Shown here: positions 23,061-36,146 of the stretch, piece by piece | Position numbering within the stretch: the first letter of the stretch is position 1 | Layout of the letters: every line of letters starts with the position of its first letter | Origin: Felis catus | Lineage: Eukaryota | NCBI RefSeq assembly: GCF_018350175.1 | Contig: NC_058368.1 | Coordinates: 30,320,001 to 30,384,000, forward strand | Direction of reading: 5' to 3' | DNA length: 64,000 nt | Position numbers and translations under genes: made by a program | The notes under the pieces: model-generated | What the model saw: the letters and a program-made list of their open reading frames with translations, nothing else | Told to the model about the DNA's origin: nothing | Database searches by the model: none

Positions 23061-24199
23061 CCCTTCAACATGTTACTCAAATGGTCTGGTGACTTCTTCC
23101 TGTTTTTGTCTAGCATCCGGTAACTCACTTTTGCTTCTAATTGTCATAGAGCTCTTCCTTCTAGGGAGCCACAATTTACTTCCCTCTCACTTTCGTCATC
23201 GTTGGTTCTTCCTTTCTTTGCTCTTTTGGACTTGAGAGAAATAAGAACAATGTCCTGCAGTCCTTAGTATTTTCAATAAACAACAGTAATTTGTGGTGAC
23301 AGGCCCTCTTAACCCCAAGTTGATAGAGCTCTTGCCTCTCTTGGAAGCCATCCTTATTTTACTCCTGTGTGTTGTTGACATCCTCAAAAAACTTCAATTC
23401 CTCCTCTTTCAAAACTAAGCAATTGTAAGCAGCCCCAGAAGGAATGCAAATCTGCGCTGTTATTTTGACATTTTTTTCTCCCAACATTGATTAGATAATT
23501 TCTGATCTGTTTTATTGTTTTCTAGTAGAGTGTGAAAATTTCTAGAGATTACTCTCCATTGGCATTCCCTCCTTGAGGGAAAATTCGTAGCATAAGAACT
23601 AACTGTTATAATATGAAACCAATATTCCTGTGAGATTTGTAAATTAAATTTTCTTTCCAACTTTTGTTTAATATATTCAGTGTCACCTTGTAAGGCAACT
23701 GAGATAATTTTGTGTATCCTATCAATTTGTTTCTTGTTTGACATCTGTGTTTGTTTATATAGCTTTCAGAAGTGGAGAATTCTGTCGCCAATTAATGTTG
23801 ATGGTTTTGAGTTAGAGAGAAGAGAATATGCTTATAAATGAAAGTTTTTGTTTTTAAGTTGTGTTTTATTGTAGCTGAGTGTTTTCCAAATAAATATTCA
23901 CTGACTCTATTGCATACTTCAATTGGGTAATGGAATCTCAGGCTTTCAGAGAAGTTGGGCTCAAATATGATACTTATTTATAGGAAATTTCTCTGCCATT
24001 GAACAGGAAGACAGTTGCAAATACATTAAAGGGATATCGTCAAGTAATTGACCGAGTATATATTTCCTTGTGAGGCTGAAACCTTGGCCTAAAGCAACTG
24101 TTCTGACAATTTTAACAAGGACATGGTTAGGGATATCATCTATCAAAATAGGAATTTCTGATTTATGATCTTCCAGATTGGCCAAAGACCCATTAGAGA

Positions 24200-24310
24200 C
24201 CTTATTAAAAATATTAATTCAGTAGTTCTGTGGTGGGGACTGAGAATATTTTAAAAACCACCCCAGGTGATTTTTAATATGGGCTCAGGACCCACACATT
24301 GTGTTCTCTA
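24200..24310 (+). mobile_element. MER5-like hAT fragment
   Basis: 'taattcagtagttctgtggtggggactgagaat...ccccaggtgattttta'. Confidence 0.6.
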
Positions 24311-24650
24311 TAAAGAGCCTGAAGAGAACATTTCTCAGCCTCTAGAATACAGGGAATGTTATGCTTTTCCAAAGCATCTGCTGTGTTTTGATCTTGTAGA
24401 CATTATAAATCTTACAAATGATTGTTCTTCCTTTTTTGATTTGAACTCCCAGTAAGTTCAGAGCCAATTTTGACCCCTATTAGCTTCTGCGTAGGATGTT
24501 CTAGAATACATTTTTATATTCTATATACTCTTTCACTCTGGCTTTATTTTAGCAGTTTTCCTACCTTTTTTTCCCCACTCTGATGTCTCTCTCTTCATTT
24601 AATTTGTATTTTATGGCATTTAAAAATATTTTTTGAAGTCATAAGAAATC

Positions 24651-24880
24651 TTTTTTTTTTTTTAATTTTTTTTTTCAACGTTTTTATTTATTTTTGGGAC
24701 AGAGAGAGACAGAGCATGAACGGGGGAGGGGCAGAGAGAGAGGGAGACACAGAATCGGAAACAGGCTCCAGGCTCCGAGCCATCAGCCCAGAGCCTGATG
24801 CGGGGCTCGAACTCACGGGCCGCGAGATCGTGACCTGGCTGAAGTCGGATGCTTAACCGACTGCGCCACCCAGGCGCCCC
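24651..24880 (-). mobile_element. CAN-SINE, young felid subfamily
   Basis: CpG-rich; TSD ata(a/g)gaaatcttttt at 24641 and 24881. Confidence 0.97.
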
Positions 24881-26086
24881 ATAGGAAATCTTTTTTAGCA
24901 TAAGGTATAGCATAAATAAATATCATTACTCTAACAAAAAAGACCATCATACAGGTCATTAATGGAGCTATTTTAGGGAGTGTTACTTGGTAATCCTGAA
25001 TTAACTACTGCCGAACTTATACTCTATTTTCCATATGCAATGTTTTTGTGACAGTAAGCCAGGGTGGGAAAAAGAACAGTAAACCAGGTTTGGACAGGAA
25101 GCCAGTTTAGGAAAAAAACAAGGTCATGCATTACACGGAATTATATATTATGTATTCCACATTAGGTGCTTTACACTGCATGTTACAGCTTAAAAACTCT
25201 GGAAAAAACCCTGCAGTAAAGACTTTTAAAAAACCTTTAATTCAACACTTTCCAAAACTTTTACAAACCAAACACTCCTTGCCTCCCCCTAGAACACATG
25301 TTAACATTTCCCGAATGGTATTTTATTCGGGAGATACTACCTTATAGCTACATTTGTAACTGTTGAACGTCAATATGGATGAAACGAGGAAAGCTGTTGT
25401 GTTGGGTGAACAGACATGATCAAGCGTAGCTGGTGGAAATAAATGGAGCTAAGTGAGTAAACATTAGGGAAAGCGCGCTGGTCAACTGGCACTTGTGAAG
25501 AAACAGATATAATAAGGAGAAGAAAAAGACTACAGGATATTTGTATTCTTGCAATTGCAGAAGGAAAAGCACTAAAAACACACATTTGAAATAGAACCAA
25601 GCAAAGCCTAGAGTTCCCAGCTGATCTGAACTGTGGTTCCATGTTCCATGTGCTCATGGCACGCTATTAAGATGATGTGCAAACAGCGTAAATAGCTGTT
25701 TGAAAAGGACAAACCCCTGAGGATGGAGGGAGAGGTGGGGGTGAGGTGGGTAGGACTGGGGAGAAATTTGGGTGAGTTTATGTGTCAGACAGAGGATAAA
25801 ATCATAAAAGGAAGAATTCGTGGACGTATGAAGAATTAAACTCACTTTGAGGGCCCAAGACCTCCGTGGGTTTTGCAAACATGTTGTACCTCTTGATGAC
25901 CTTCATCAGAGTGTGAATAAATGGAAGTTTCGTGTGCTCACACTATCTCACTTTTCCTATCTGTCTGGCCAGGGGGCAATATTTTATTCTAGGGAAATTT
26001 TACTGTATTGAAGGAAATGTTTTACATCACATCCTAACTGGTCACCTAGTCACTCCAATTCACTTCACTTTAAATGTTAAACATGA

Positions 26087-26316
26087 GGGATGGCTGGGTG
26101 GCTCAGTTGGTTAAGCGACCGACTCTTGGTTTTGGCTCAGGTCATGATCTCACAGTTTGTGAGTCTGAGCACCGCATCGGGCTCTGCAGCATGGAGCCTG
26201 CTTGGGATTCTCTTTCTCCCTCTCTCTCTGCCCCTCCTGCTCTTTCTCTCTCTGTCTCTCTCTCTCTCTCTCAAAATAAATAAATAAACTAAAAAAATAA
26301 AAAGCAATAAAAAAAA
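26087..26316 (+). mobile_element. CAN-SINE
   Basis: TSD taaatgttaaacatga at 26071-26086 and 26317-26332. Confidence 0.97.
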
Positions 26317-26990
26317 TAAATGTTAAACATGATCCTTACTTTTGAATGAATTAAATTAGAGGGAGGTGGTGAGAAACCCACTAACTATAATTCATTTGGT
26401 AAACACCTAATGTGGAAATGTATATCCTAATTTATCCACGGAAATAAACATGGAGTCCAGCACCTATATCAATCACCGTGAACCTAATGAGAGATGGACA
26501 TGAACTTAGAAGGCCCAATACAGTCTGTCCACAAGGAAACTGTGCGTGGAAGGGACTCAATAGTTCTTGTAAGAAGATACTATATCCTTGTGTCAATGAA
26601 AGCAAAACCAGTCGATGCAAATTGTGCGGCCCACAGAAGTGAGGAGGTTGAAACAGTTTTAGTAATCATCTGCAAAGCAATTTAAACTACTAACATCTCA
26701 GGAAGGTCAATTCCATGATTTCTGTGTCATCATTACATTGATCGCCTAAACCCATTCTTTCTGGATGGCTGTTTTTATTAACTGGGGATCTTCTCTGTCA
26801 GTGTTTCATTTCTAGTTGAGAAGATCTGCTTCTCTTGAGACCTCTTTGTCAACATATCTCCCTCTTTAAATTAAATTACAGTTTCGGTAAAATTTTATCC
26901 AAATTGTATTTTTTTTTTAATGTAAACATCTGCCTTTGCTGTTACTGGGCATGGAAATACTTCGTAACAAATAGTTTGGGATTTTTTTCA

Positions 26991-27038
26991 TTATTTCTTT
27001 ATTTGGCGTATGATTTATTTCTTTATTTGGCATATGAT
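26991..27038. repeat. 24-bp tandem duplication
   Basis: ttatttctttatttggcgtatgat / ttatttctttatttggcatatgat. Confidence 0.9.
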
Positions 27039-27781
27039 TTTCAGGCAATGTCAGGGGAAACTTAACACCATAAGAAACAACACATTTTTCTCATTTATAT
27101 ATACTTCTTATCTTCTAACTTACATTTCAAGTGTTGCTTGTGCTACTTTAAACTATCTTAGTATTTTTCTCTCATGATTTGAGAAGAGTAGAGATTTAAT
27201 ATAATAGTTATATCAAACAAAATATATAATTTTATATCTCTTCCTTTTGATGAGAACATTTAAGCTTTACTCTGTTAGCAAATTTCAATTATGTAATACA
27301 GTGTTATCAGCTATAGTCACTTTCTCTTTCTTCTTTCTTTCTTCTTTCTTTCTCTTAAAGATTTTACATATAAGTGATAACCATGTGATATTTGTCTTTT
27401 TCTGTCTGGCTTATTTCACTTCATAGTGTCCTCTGAGTTTATTAATGTTGCTGAAAATGACAGGATTTTATTCTTTATTAAATTTTTTTTTTCATTATGA
27501 TAAGTATACTCTTTAACCCCCATCCCCTATTACCCTCATTCTCCCCACCAACCCCACCTCTGGTAACCATCAGTTTTTCTCTGTAGTTTTTTTTTTTAAT
27601 CTTGTTTTTTTTTTAATCCTCTTCTCATTTGTTTTGTTTCTTAAATTCCACATATTAGTGAGGCCATATGGCATTTGTCTTTCTCTGACTTGTTTCACTT
27701 AGCATTGTACTCTCTAGCTTCATCTATGTTGCAGCCAATGGCAAGATTTTATTCTCTTTTATGGCTAAATAATATCCCATT

Positions 27782-27922
27782 GTATCTATATATATATAAA
27801 TATATATACATATATATGTATATACATATAGTATACATATATTACATATACATATATACATACATATAAATATATATAAATATATATACATATATATATC
27901 CCATTATATATATATATATATA
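27782..27922. repeat. Degenerate (TA)n/(TACA)n expansion inside the L1
   Basis: AT-rich run bracketed by duplicated atatcccatt. Confidence 0.9.
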
Positions 27923-29520
27923 CACCACATTTTCTTTATCCATTCATTTATCAGTGGACACTTGGGCTGCTTCCATAGCTTGGCTACTATAAATAATACT
28001 CCAATAAATAGGGGTACCTGTATCTATTTGAGTTAGTGTTTTTGTATTTGGGGGTAAATACCCAGTAGTGCAATTCCTGGATCATACGGTAATTCTAATT
28101 TTTTTTTTTTGAGGAACCTCCATACAGTTTTCCACAATAGCTGGACCTAATTGCATTCCCACCAACAGCGCACAAGGGTTCCTTTTTCTCCACATCTTCG
28201 CCAACACTTGTTGTTTCTTGTGTTTTTGATTTTAGTCATTCTGATGGTGGGAGGTGATATCACACTGTGATTTTGATTTGTATTTCCCTGAGGATGAGTG
28301 AGTTGAGCATCTTTCCCACATGTCTGTATGTCTTTGGAGAAATGTCTGATCACGTCTTCTGCCTATTTTTAATTAGATTATTTGTGTTTTGCCATTAATC
28401 CCTTTTATATTTTAGATATAACCCCCTTATCAGTTATGTGGTTTGCTAATATTTTCTCCTTCTCCATTGGTTGCCTTTTCATTTGACTGATAGTTTCCTT
28501 TGCTGTGCAGAAGCTTTTTAGTTTGATGTAGTCCCACTTGTTTATTTTGCTTTTGTTGCCTTTGCTTGTGGTATCAACTGCAAAATATCACTGCCAAGAC
28601 CAATGTCAAGTTACATACACTTGTGCTTTCTTCTAGAAGTTCTGCAGTTTCAGGCCTTATGGTCATCTTTAATCCATTTTGAGTTGATTTTTGTGTCGGG
28701 TGTAAGACAGTGTTTCAGTATCATTCTGTTGCATGTAGCTCTCCAGTTTTATCAACACCACTTACTGAAGATGCCATCTTTTCTACACTGGATATTCTTA
28801 GCTCCTTTGTAATAAAATGATTGATCATAGATGCATGGGCGTATTTCTGGATTCTCTATTCAATTTCATTGATCCATGTATCTGTTTTTATGCCAATACT
28901 ATATTGTTTTTATTACTACAGCTCTGTAATATAGTTTAAAACCAGGAGGTACGGTGCCTCCAGCTTTGTTCTTGTTTTCCCTCAAGATTGCCTTGGTTGT
29001 TTGGGGCCTTTTCTCATCTCATACAAACTTTAGGAATATTGTTTTCTTTTTATTTAGTGAAAAATACTATTGGAATTTCAATAAGGATTGCACTGAATCT
29101 GTAGATTACTTTGGGCGGCATAGACATTTTAACAAAATTACTTCTTCTGGTCTGTGAACGGGGAATTTATTTGTGTTCTCTCCATTTATTTGTGTTCTCT
29201 TCATTTTCTTACATCAATGTGTTGTAGTTTTCATTATACAAATCTTTCACCTCCTTGGTTAATTTACTTCTAAATATTGTATTCTTTTTGATGCTATTTT
29301 CAATAGCATTGTTTTCTTAATTTATCCTTCTAAAGGTTTATGTTGGTGTATAGAAATGCAATTGATTTTTGTATGTTGATTTAGTATCCTGCAAGTTTAT
29401 TGAAATTATGTGTTAGTTCTAATAGTTTTTTTCCTGAACCCTTTAGGATTTTCTATGTATAATATCATGTCATCTGCAAATAGGGACAATTTTACATCTT
29501 TCTGATTTGGATGCCCTTTA

Positions 29521-29735
29521 TTTATTTTTATTTGCTTTAAATGTTTATTTATTTATTTTCAGGGAGAAAAAGAGCAGGGGAGGAGCAGAGAGAGAGAGGG
29601 AGAGAGAGAATCCCAAGCAGGCTCTGAGCTGTCAGCACACAGCCCAATGTGGGTCAATTTCATGAACCGTGAGATCACGACCTCAGCCGAAATCAAGAGT
29701 CAGATGCTTAACCTACTGAGTCACGCAGGTGCCCT
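29521..29735 (-). mobile_element. CAN-SINE in L1 ORF2
   Basis: TSD tggatgcc(c/t)tttatt on both sides. Confidence 0.93.
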
Positions 29736-30174
29736 ATGGATGCCTTTTATTTCTTTATGTTGCCTAATTGCTGGGGATAGGACATCCGGTACTATTTGGA
29801 AAAGTCTTGTTCCTGACCTTAGAAACCTCCTACGACCTCCTCACAAGCTTCCAAATTGTATTCTTAAATATCATTGAATGTTTGTTGACTTAAGAATTTG
29901 TGAATACAAATGGAATTACATATAGTTCCCGTTGTAACGTGTAAGTAGCTGAGGGAAGAGGAAACTTGAGTGAGTTTAGTGCTTGTTGAAAGATTTGTCC
30001 AGCTGTTGGAGCAGGGGTTGTGGTGTGGGCAAAGTGTCCTAGCTGTGTGATACTATTTCTTCCCCATCTGTTAACATTCAGGAAAAAAGCAGAAGCTGTA
30101 AAGATAGGGAATGTGAGATCAGGTGGTGTGACGGAAAGAATACCGGCCTGGGTCTCTGAAGAATTAGTTTCTAA

Positions 30175-30400
30175 TAATAATGGCAGGAAATAGCAGTTAA
30201 TTGAGTACTTCAAAAATTTTAGGATACTGTGGTAGGCTTGCTATATCTTAGCTCATTTACACTTCATAATGACCCTTTCAAATGATCCTTTTATCCCTAT
30301 ACTATTGGAAGTTCAGGGGCACATATATAGTAGCGATGGGAGTGCTAGGGCTGTAATTCGGGTTCAGAATGCTGCACTAGCTCTTGGCTCTTCCTGCTCC
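30175..30400 (-). mobile_element. MIR fragment
   Basis: 'ataataatggc...ttgagtactt...ctcatttacacttcataatgaccct'. Confidence 0.5.
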
Positions 30401-31004
30401 TTCGTCTTTTCTTTGCAAATGCCAGGTAAGAAATGAAGTAAAATAACAATGCAGCAGTGTGATGACTGTAGTGGTCAGGGTCGGTAAGTTACAGTGCAAT
30501 TAACAGCCACACCCAAATGGCAACATTTAAAATAACCAAGACTTACTTCCTTTTATTCTCCAGGTCAACATGAGTCCTCTGAGACTTCCACTCCAAGTCT
30601 TGATAGCCTCTTCAGGGAGTCAGGTTGGTGGGTTACACGTCAGTTCCCACCCAGTAGAAACTCCACGGAAATGTGACCCATCATCCTTCGCCATGGGCCC
30701 AGGTGACAGGTACAGTGGATAGAACCAGTTATGTGCCTTCCCCCTCCCCTCCAACCACAGGGAAAACAGGAAGCACAGTGCTACAAGTGCTTGGAAAGAG
30801 GAGAAACAGACAGGATGCAACAGTCAAACGAGCTGCTGGGTTGGTTTTCTTTGATCAGTATGGTGTCACCTTCCTCTTTATTATTACCAGTTTCCTCTCA
30901 CATCCGCTATTTAGCGCTGTTAGCTTGAGCTATGTGTAGCTTTGTTTCCCAACAGACAGTCTTAGTGTCTGTCTGTTGTGTCTGTCTGTCTGTGTGTGTG
31001 TCTG

Positions 31005-31125
31005 TCTGTCCTGCCTCCACTACCTATGTGCTGCCAGGTGAATTCCCTGACCTCTCCAGGCCTAGTTTTATCAACCATAAAATAAGTAGTCGGACTGGGA
31101 AATCTTCAAGAGCTCTGCCCAATGA
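31005..31125 (+). mobile_element. MIR fragment
   Basis: 'tcctgcctccactacctatgtg...cctctccaggcctagttttatc'. Confidence 0.55.
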
Positions 31126-31502
31126 AAATTTTTATGACTTTATGAAAAGGAAAATCAATCCTTCTTTGATTATCTTACACTGACCCGGCAGGTAACATAG
31201 GCTGCATATGGCTGTGGAGGCAAAATCCAGCAATAGAGAGATGAGCAAGCTGAGAGATGCCGGTGCTGAGCCAGGATAGAGATTAAGGATAATCTACTGA
31301 GGCAGACTTTAGGCTTCAGTCTGAGAATTCAGAAACGGGTAAGAAATAGTAAGGAAATAATTAAAGCCCAGATCCCCTGACTCTGTTTCTTAATTTTTTG
31401 GTTATTCAGTGATTATTTTAGCGATTATATATGTATATGCATAACATATATGCCTATATTAATGTATGTGTACACATATACATATAATACATATATACAC
31501 AT

Positions 31503-31520
31503 TAAAAATGTTTATTTGTA

Positions 31521-31557
<37 letters not shown>

Positions 31558-31704
31558 AGGGAGGGACAGAGAGAGGGAGACAGAGGATCCAAAGCAGGCT
31601 CTGTGCTGAGAGAGCAGAGCCTGATGTGGGGCTTGAACTCATGAACTATATCATGACATGATCCAAAGTCAGATGCTTAACTGACTGAGCTACCTAGGCA
31701 TCCC
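31503..31704 (-). mobile_element. CAN-SINE with (TG)n(GA)n tail
   Basis: Reverse SINE body; head ends ctacctaggcatccc. Confidence 0.92.
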
Positions 31705-32924
31705 TCTACATATTTTGTTAAGGAAGACATTTAGTGGTTAACTTCAAACTTTAAGCCAAAACCCCCTTTGTGAGATGTCAGCCAAATACAAAAAGGCTTA
31801 TGTTTTTTGGTTTGCACAGTATGATCAAGATTGCTACAAATGTCTGTCACCTAGTGCCAAGGTAATCCAACTGCAGCATGAGGCTTCTGAAAGCTGAATA
31901 ACCCCCCATTAGCTGAATTAGAAAAAGTACAACCAAGTGACAGCAATTGTCTTAGTAAGACATGTTTTCAAGAATTCAGTTCAAACCAGTCTCTTTGTTC
32001 TCACCCGCATTTTCAACTATATACGTCCTTCGCAAATTATGGCTTCCTAAAATAAACACATTGGTTCATACACCTAGATACACAGATTTGCAAAGTGAGG
32101 ACAGGCAAGGTTAATGCATAGGCTTGGTGCAGCACAACAGGGCAGTGCTCTTTAAAAAAAGGCCCATTACTGGTAGTGGGAGCAGAACAGGAACCCGTCT
32201 GGGCCCCGGAAAATGGCTACCGATGCGGGCAGGGAAAAGGCTTCTCTCAGGAATGTTTACCTGCTCAGATCTCCACACTGGTCTGCCGCCTCTTCCTCTT
32301 TGCACAGTAATGTTTACTAATCCGTCACCATGTGCAGGGAGCATGCCTGAAAGTACAGTTTGCATGGAGACATGAGAGCTGAGCCATGGAGAGGGATTGG
32401 AGGTGAGGCAGCTTGAGAACCTGGGTCCAGATCCGTGCTAAGGCTGGAAGCCGTTCTGGACTTGTTTTTCAAAATTGCTCCTCTTTCTGCTCCTCTCCAA
32501 TCCTTGTTTACTTACAAGGCCAAGCAAAATTTTAATTTTTTAGAGGGATTGATTAAAGCCAGATGTGGGGAGGAAAACACTCATATAAGCCCTGTAATAG
32601 TTTTATAAGTTAGCATGCCTAGGCTCTAACACCCTCTTATTTAATCAAACACTAACCTAGTTGTTACAGTTCAGGTATTTTGTAGACCTGGTTATTAGCA
32701 TCTGCAATCAATTGACTTGCAGTAAATGAGATTACCCCAGATACTATGGGTGTGCCTCATGTAATCAGTTGAAAATCCTTAAGAGCAAGAACTCAGGTTT
32801 CCTGGAAGACGAAATTCTGCCTTAAGACTGTAACTTCAGCTCCCAAGTCGGAGACTTTTCAGCCTGCTAGCTTGCCCTACAAGTTGGAATTTGCTTGCCC
32901 ATAAAACATGTAAGCCAATTTCTT

Positions 32925-33153
32925 CTTTTTTTTTTTTTAATTTTTTTTTTCAATGTTTATTTATTTTTGGGACAGAGAGAGACAGAGCATGAACGGGGGA
33001 GGGGCAGAGAGAGAGGGAGACACAGAATCGGAAACAGGCTCCAGGCTCTGAGCCATCAGCCCAGAGCCTGACGCGGGGCTTGAACTCACAGACCGCAAGA
33101 TCGTGACCTGGCTGAAGTCGGACGCTTAACCGACTGTGCCACCCAGGCGCCCC
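32925..33153 (-). mobile_element. CAN-SINE, young felid subfamily
   Basis: Near-identical to the copies at 7372 and 24651. Confidence 0.97.
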
Positions 33154-33159
33154 TTCTCT

Positions 33160-33342
33160 GTCTTTTTTTTAATGTCTATTTATACTTTGAGAGAGAGAGA
33201 GGGAGAGAGAGAATCCCAAGAATCCCAATCCCAGTCCCTCTGTTAGCACAGAGCCGGATGTGGGCTCTATGAACTGTCAGATCACGACCTGAGCTGAAAT
33301 CAAGAGTCAGATGCTTGGCTGACTGAGACACCCAGGCACCCC
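33160..33342 (-). mobile_element. Older CAN-SINE
   Basis: TSD gtaagccaatttc at 32910-32922 and 33344-33356 encloses both SINEs. Confidence 0.92.
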
Positions 33343-33769
33343 AGTAAGCCAATTTCCATTTATCTATCCATCTATCTATTTATCTATCATCTATCGACCT
33401 ATTCATTCATCTGTCTCCTACAGGTTCAGTGTTTCTGGGGAACCCCGACTGATACAAACTCAAGTTATTTGCATGCTGATGTAACTAATAACTAAGCTTA
33501 AAAGGGAAGGTCGGAACCATTTGTGAAATGGTACCCTTTTTTAAAAACAGAAACTTAAATTGCCTTCATGGTATGGCTCAAAGGGTGGTGCTGCCTGTTC
33601 CCATCTGTTCAAATGGGGTCTCACCTGGCATGAAATTTGCACAGTTAGAATTAGTGGCATCTATCGATGGAGTAATCATAGACCTGGTCTAGAGTGTAAA
33701 TGCCAAAAACTATCGGCTATCTCTTAAATGCAGGAAAAATCTTTCTAGGTTGAAAGCAGAACATTTTGA

Positions 33770-33875
33770 ATCTTAGAATGAAGCAATCATTCTAAGGAAG
33801 TCCCACTTCCTTATTTCAGGGGTGATGAAATAGAGACCCAGGGAAAGTTAAGTGTGCTTTGCAAAGCCACAATCT
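33770..33875 (-). mobile_element. MIR fragment
   Basis: 'gatgaaatagagacccagggaaagttaagtg...aaagccaca'. Confidence 0.6.
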
Positions 33876-33899
33876 TAAGAATAACATATTTAATAACAT

Positions 33900-34239
33900 A
33901 CTTATCACTTGAAAACGTTTCAACAATTTTTCTGTATTGCTAAATATTTTGCTACAGCACATTGGCTTGGCTTATAAGGTCTTCCATCATGGATGTGCCA
34001 GCCTTAAACTAAATACCTATTTGGTGCATTTAATTTATATTTTCACTTTTATAAATATTGTAATAAAACCCTTATATATAAGTCTTGGTACACATGCTTA
34101 TCATTCTTGATGATGAGTTTCATGAAAAGGGATTTCTAGATCAAAGGGTATGCATGTTATGAAGTCTTTTTTTTAATATTTATTTACTTAGAGAGAGAGA
34201 GAGAGAGAGAGAGAGAGTGCTGGTGAGCAGGGGAGGAGT

Positions 34240-34275
<36 letters not shown>

Positions 34276-34710
34276 AAAGAATCCTAAGCAGACTGGGGGT
34301 TGTCAGCACAGAGCCTGACGCGGGGCTTGACGTCACCAACCGCGAGATCATGACATGAGCCGAAATCAAGAGACGCTTAACCGACTGAACCACCCAGATG
34401 CCCCAAATGAGGTCTTTAATCCCACTTGCCAAATTGTTCTCCAGAGACTTCTTACCAGGTTCCAATGCTCAGCCATGGACGAAGGCCCCCGTGTCCCTGC
34501 ACCCTTACCCACGCTGGATATTCTCATTAACAAATACAATGGACCTAGAGTCTCATCTAAACTCGTGTTATTTATTAGCAAGGTTGACCTTTATCCTCCT
34601 AATTTTCTTGGCCATTGTATTTTCTTTATGTACTTTATACATTTCTGTATGCATCTCTACTTTTTTTTTGAGTTTATTTTTTATTAATTTGTAGACATTT
34701 TTAAAAACCA
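33900..34710 (-). mobile_element. Ancient L1ME-like fragment interrupted by a SINE
   Basis: 'gggatttctagatcaaagggtatgcat...ttgccaaattgttctccagaga'. Confidence 0.65.
34170..34404 (-). mobile_element. CAN-SINE with two (GA)n runs
   Basis: TSD atga(a/g)gtcttt. Confidence 0.95.
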
Positions 34711-35671
34711 TGGACTCCAGTCCACACAACGATGCCCTAGGGAACGGTAGGTAGGGGTTATTGTTATTACTGATATTGTCATTGGTTCGCCGTGGTTGTT
34801 GGTGTTATTGTGCTCCTGCTGCCAGGTGCTGTCTTTTAGTGAGAAACTGGGAAGGAGCCACTGCCTGCGGTCAAATAGCCTATGTTAGTCAAGATATATC
34901 TCTAATTCATTGGGAAAAATTCGCCGAAACATATCCCAGTTATGCTATTGATTTTAAAGTCTTTCACCTGCATCCTCTAGCTAGGTCCTGTTCTCCCTGG
35001 AATAAAGTAAAATGTGGTTGATGCTTCAAGGCACCTACATAATGGCACACAAACCACTCCGTCTCTTTCGTTTTCCCTCTAACTAGGCATGGAGAGCCTT
35101 TCTTTTCTGCGAAATTATGGCAATTGACCTCAGAGAATACATAAATTGCAAAGTGCCTCCCCTTTTTCTGTAGCATTCTACATTATCCCTATTTTTTCCC
35201 TCTAGAAAGTGTAAAATTACATATCTTAAAATGGAATCTGTGTAGCAGTGTTTTATCTTTTTAAATATTTAGCAGTACACCGTGTTTACTTTTTATGCTT
35301 TGTTCTTGAATATTGTGTTTTATAGAGGACTCTCAGGGTGTTTTCTTTCTCATTTTTACGGTAGGCCTCAGATGCTTGTGGGCTTGCATTCATTCATTTC
35401 CCTGCTGCCGTGTCTGGGCTCTTTCCCTAGGGCAGAAGTGGCATGTGTGATGGGTCACCATGTCACACAGCATTAGTGAGGAAGGTTGGGAGATGATTTA
35501 GGGATGTTTGGGATAATTCATTGTGAGTGACAGCTGAAAGATATATACATATCAGAGTCTTTCAATGGTTGCTTATGGAAAGTTTTACCTCCACAAGTGA
35601 GCTTAATATATGTAACTTGCTATCATGGCTCCTGACATAGAGCTGACGATCCAAGGATGTTAGCTGTCTTC

Positions 35672-36146
35672 TGTATCAATCAGAATTCTCTAGAAAAATG
35701 GAGCCAATAGGATATACACACAGATGCACAGATGGAGAGAGACTTATTTTAAGGAATTGGGAATTGGCTCGCGTGATTTGGGGGCTGGTAAGTTTGAAAT
35801 CTGTAGGGCAGATCAGCAGGAGAAACCTAGGTACGAGTTGATGTTGTAGCCTTGGGTCTAAAATCTGTAGGGTGAGCCTCAGGCTGGAAGCTCAGGCAGG
35901 ATTTCTATGTTACAGTCTCGAGACAGAGTTCCTCCTTCACCAAGAAACCTCAGGTTTGGTGCTTTAAGGCCTTCAGCTGATTAGATGAGGTTCATCCATA
36001 TTATTAAGGGTAATCTCTTTTACCCACAGTCAACTGCTTATAGATGTTACTGATGTCTACAAAATACCTTCACAGTAACATCTAGTGTTTGATTAAACAA
36101 TTGAACACTGTAGCCTACAAGTTGACATACAAAATTAACCATCACA
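35672..36146 (-). mobile_element. MLT2-type solo LTR
   Basis: tgtatcaatcagaattctctagaaaaatggagccaatagg...aaggaattgg...gttgacatacaaaattaaccatcaca. Confidence 0.88.

Larger units (their letters stand above)
27235..29826 (-). mobile_element. Composite L1 block: an older L1MA-type 3' end (~27235-27480), a carnivore-type L1 3' end (~27480-28330), then ORF2 sequence
   Basis: Two successive L1 3' ends; ORF2 C-terminal peptide KIKNTRNNKCWRRCGEKGTLVRCWWEC; RT-region sequence 'atcatgtcatctgcaaataggga' (reverse of the FADD motif). Confidence 0.9.
32593..33456 (+). mobile_element. MLT2-type (ERVL) solo LTR containing two SINEs
   Basis: tgtaatagttttataag...atcaaacactaacctag...gaaattctgccttaagactg...ggggaaccccgactgataca. 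Confidence 0.85.

Noticed and set aside
32593..36146. Two MLT2 LTRs as the ends of one provirus
   Set aside because: They are in opposite orientations and the intervening DNA is MIR, L1, SINE and unique sequence. These are independent solo LTRs.
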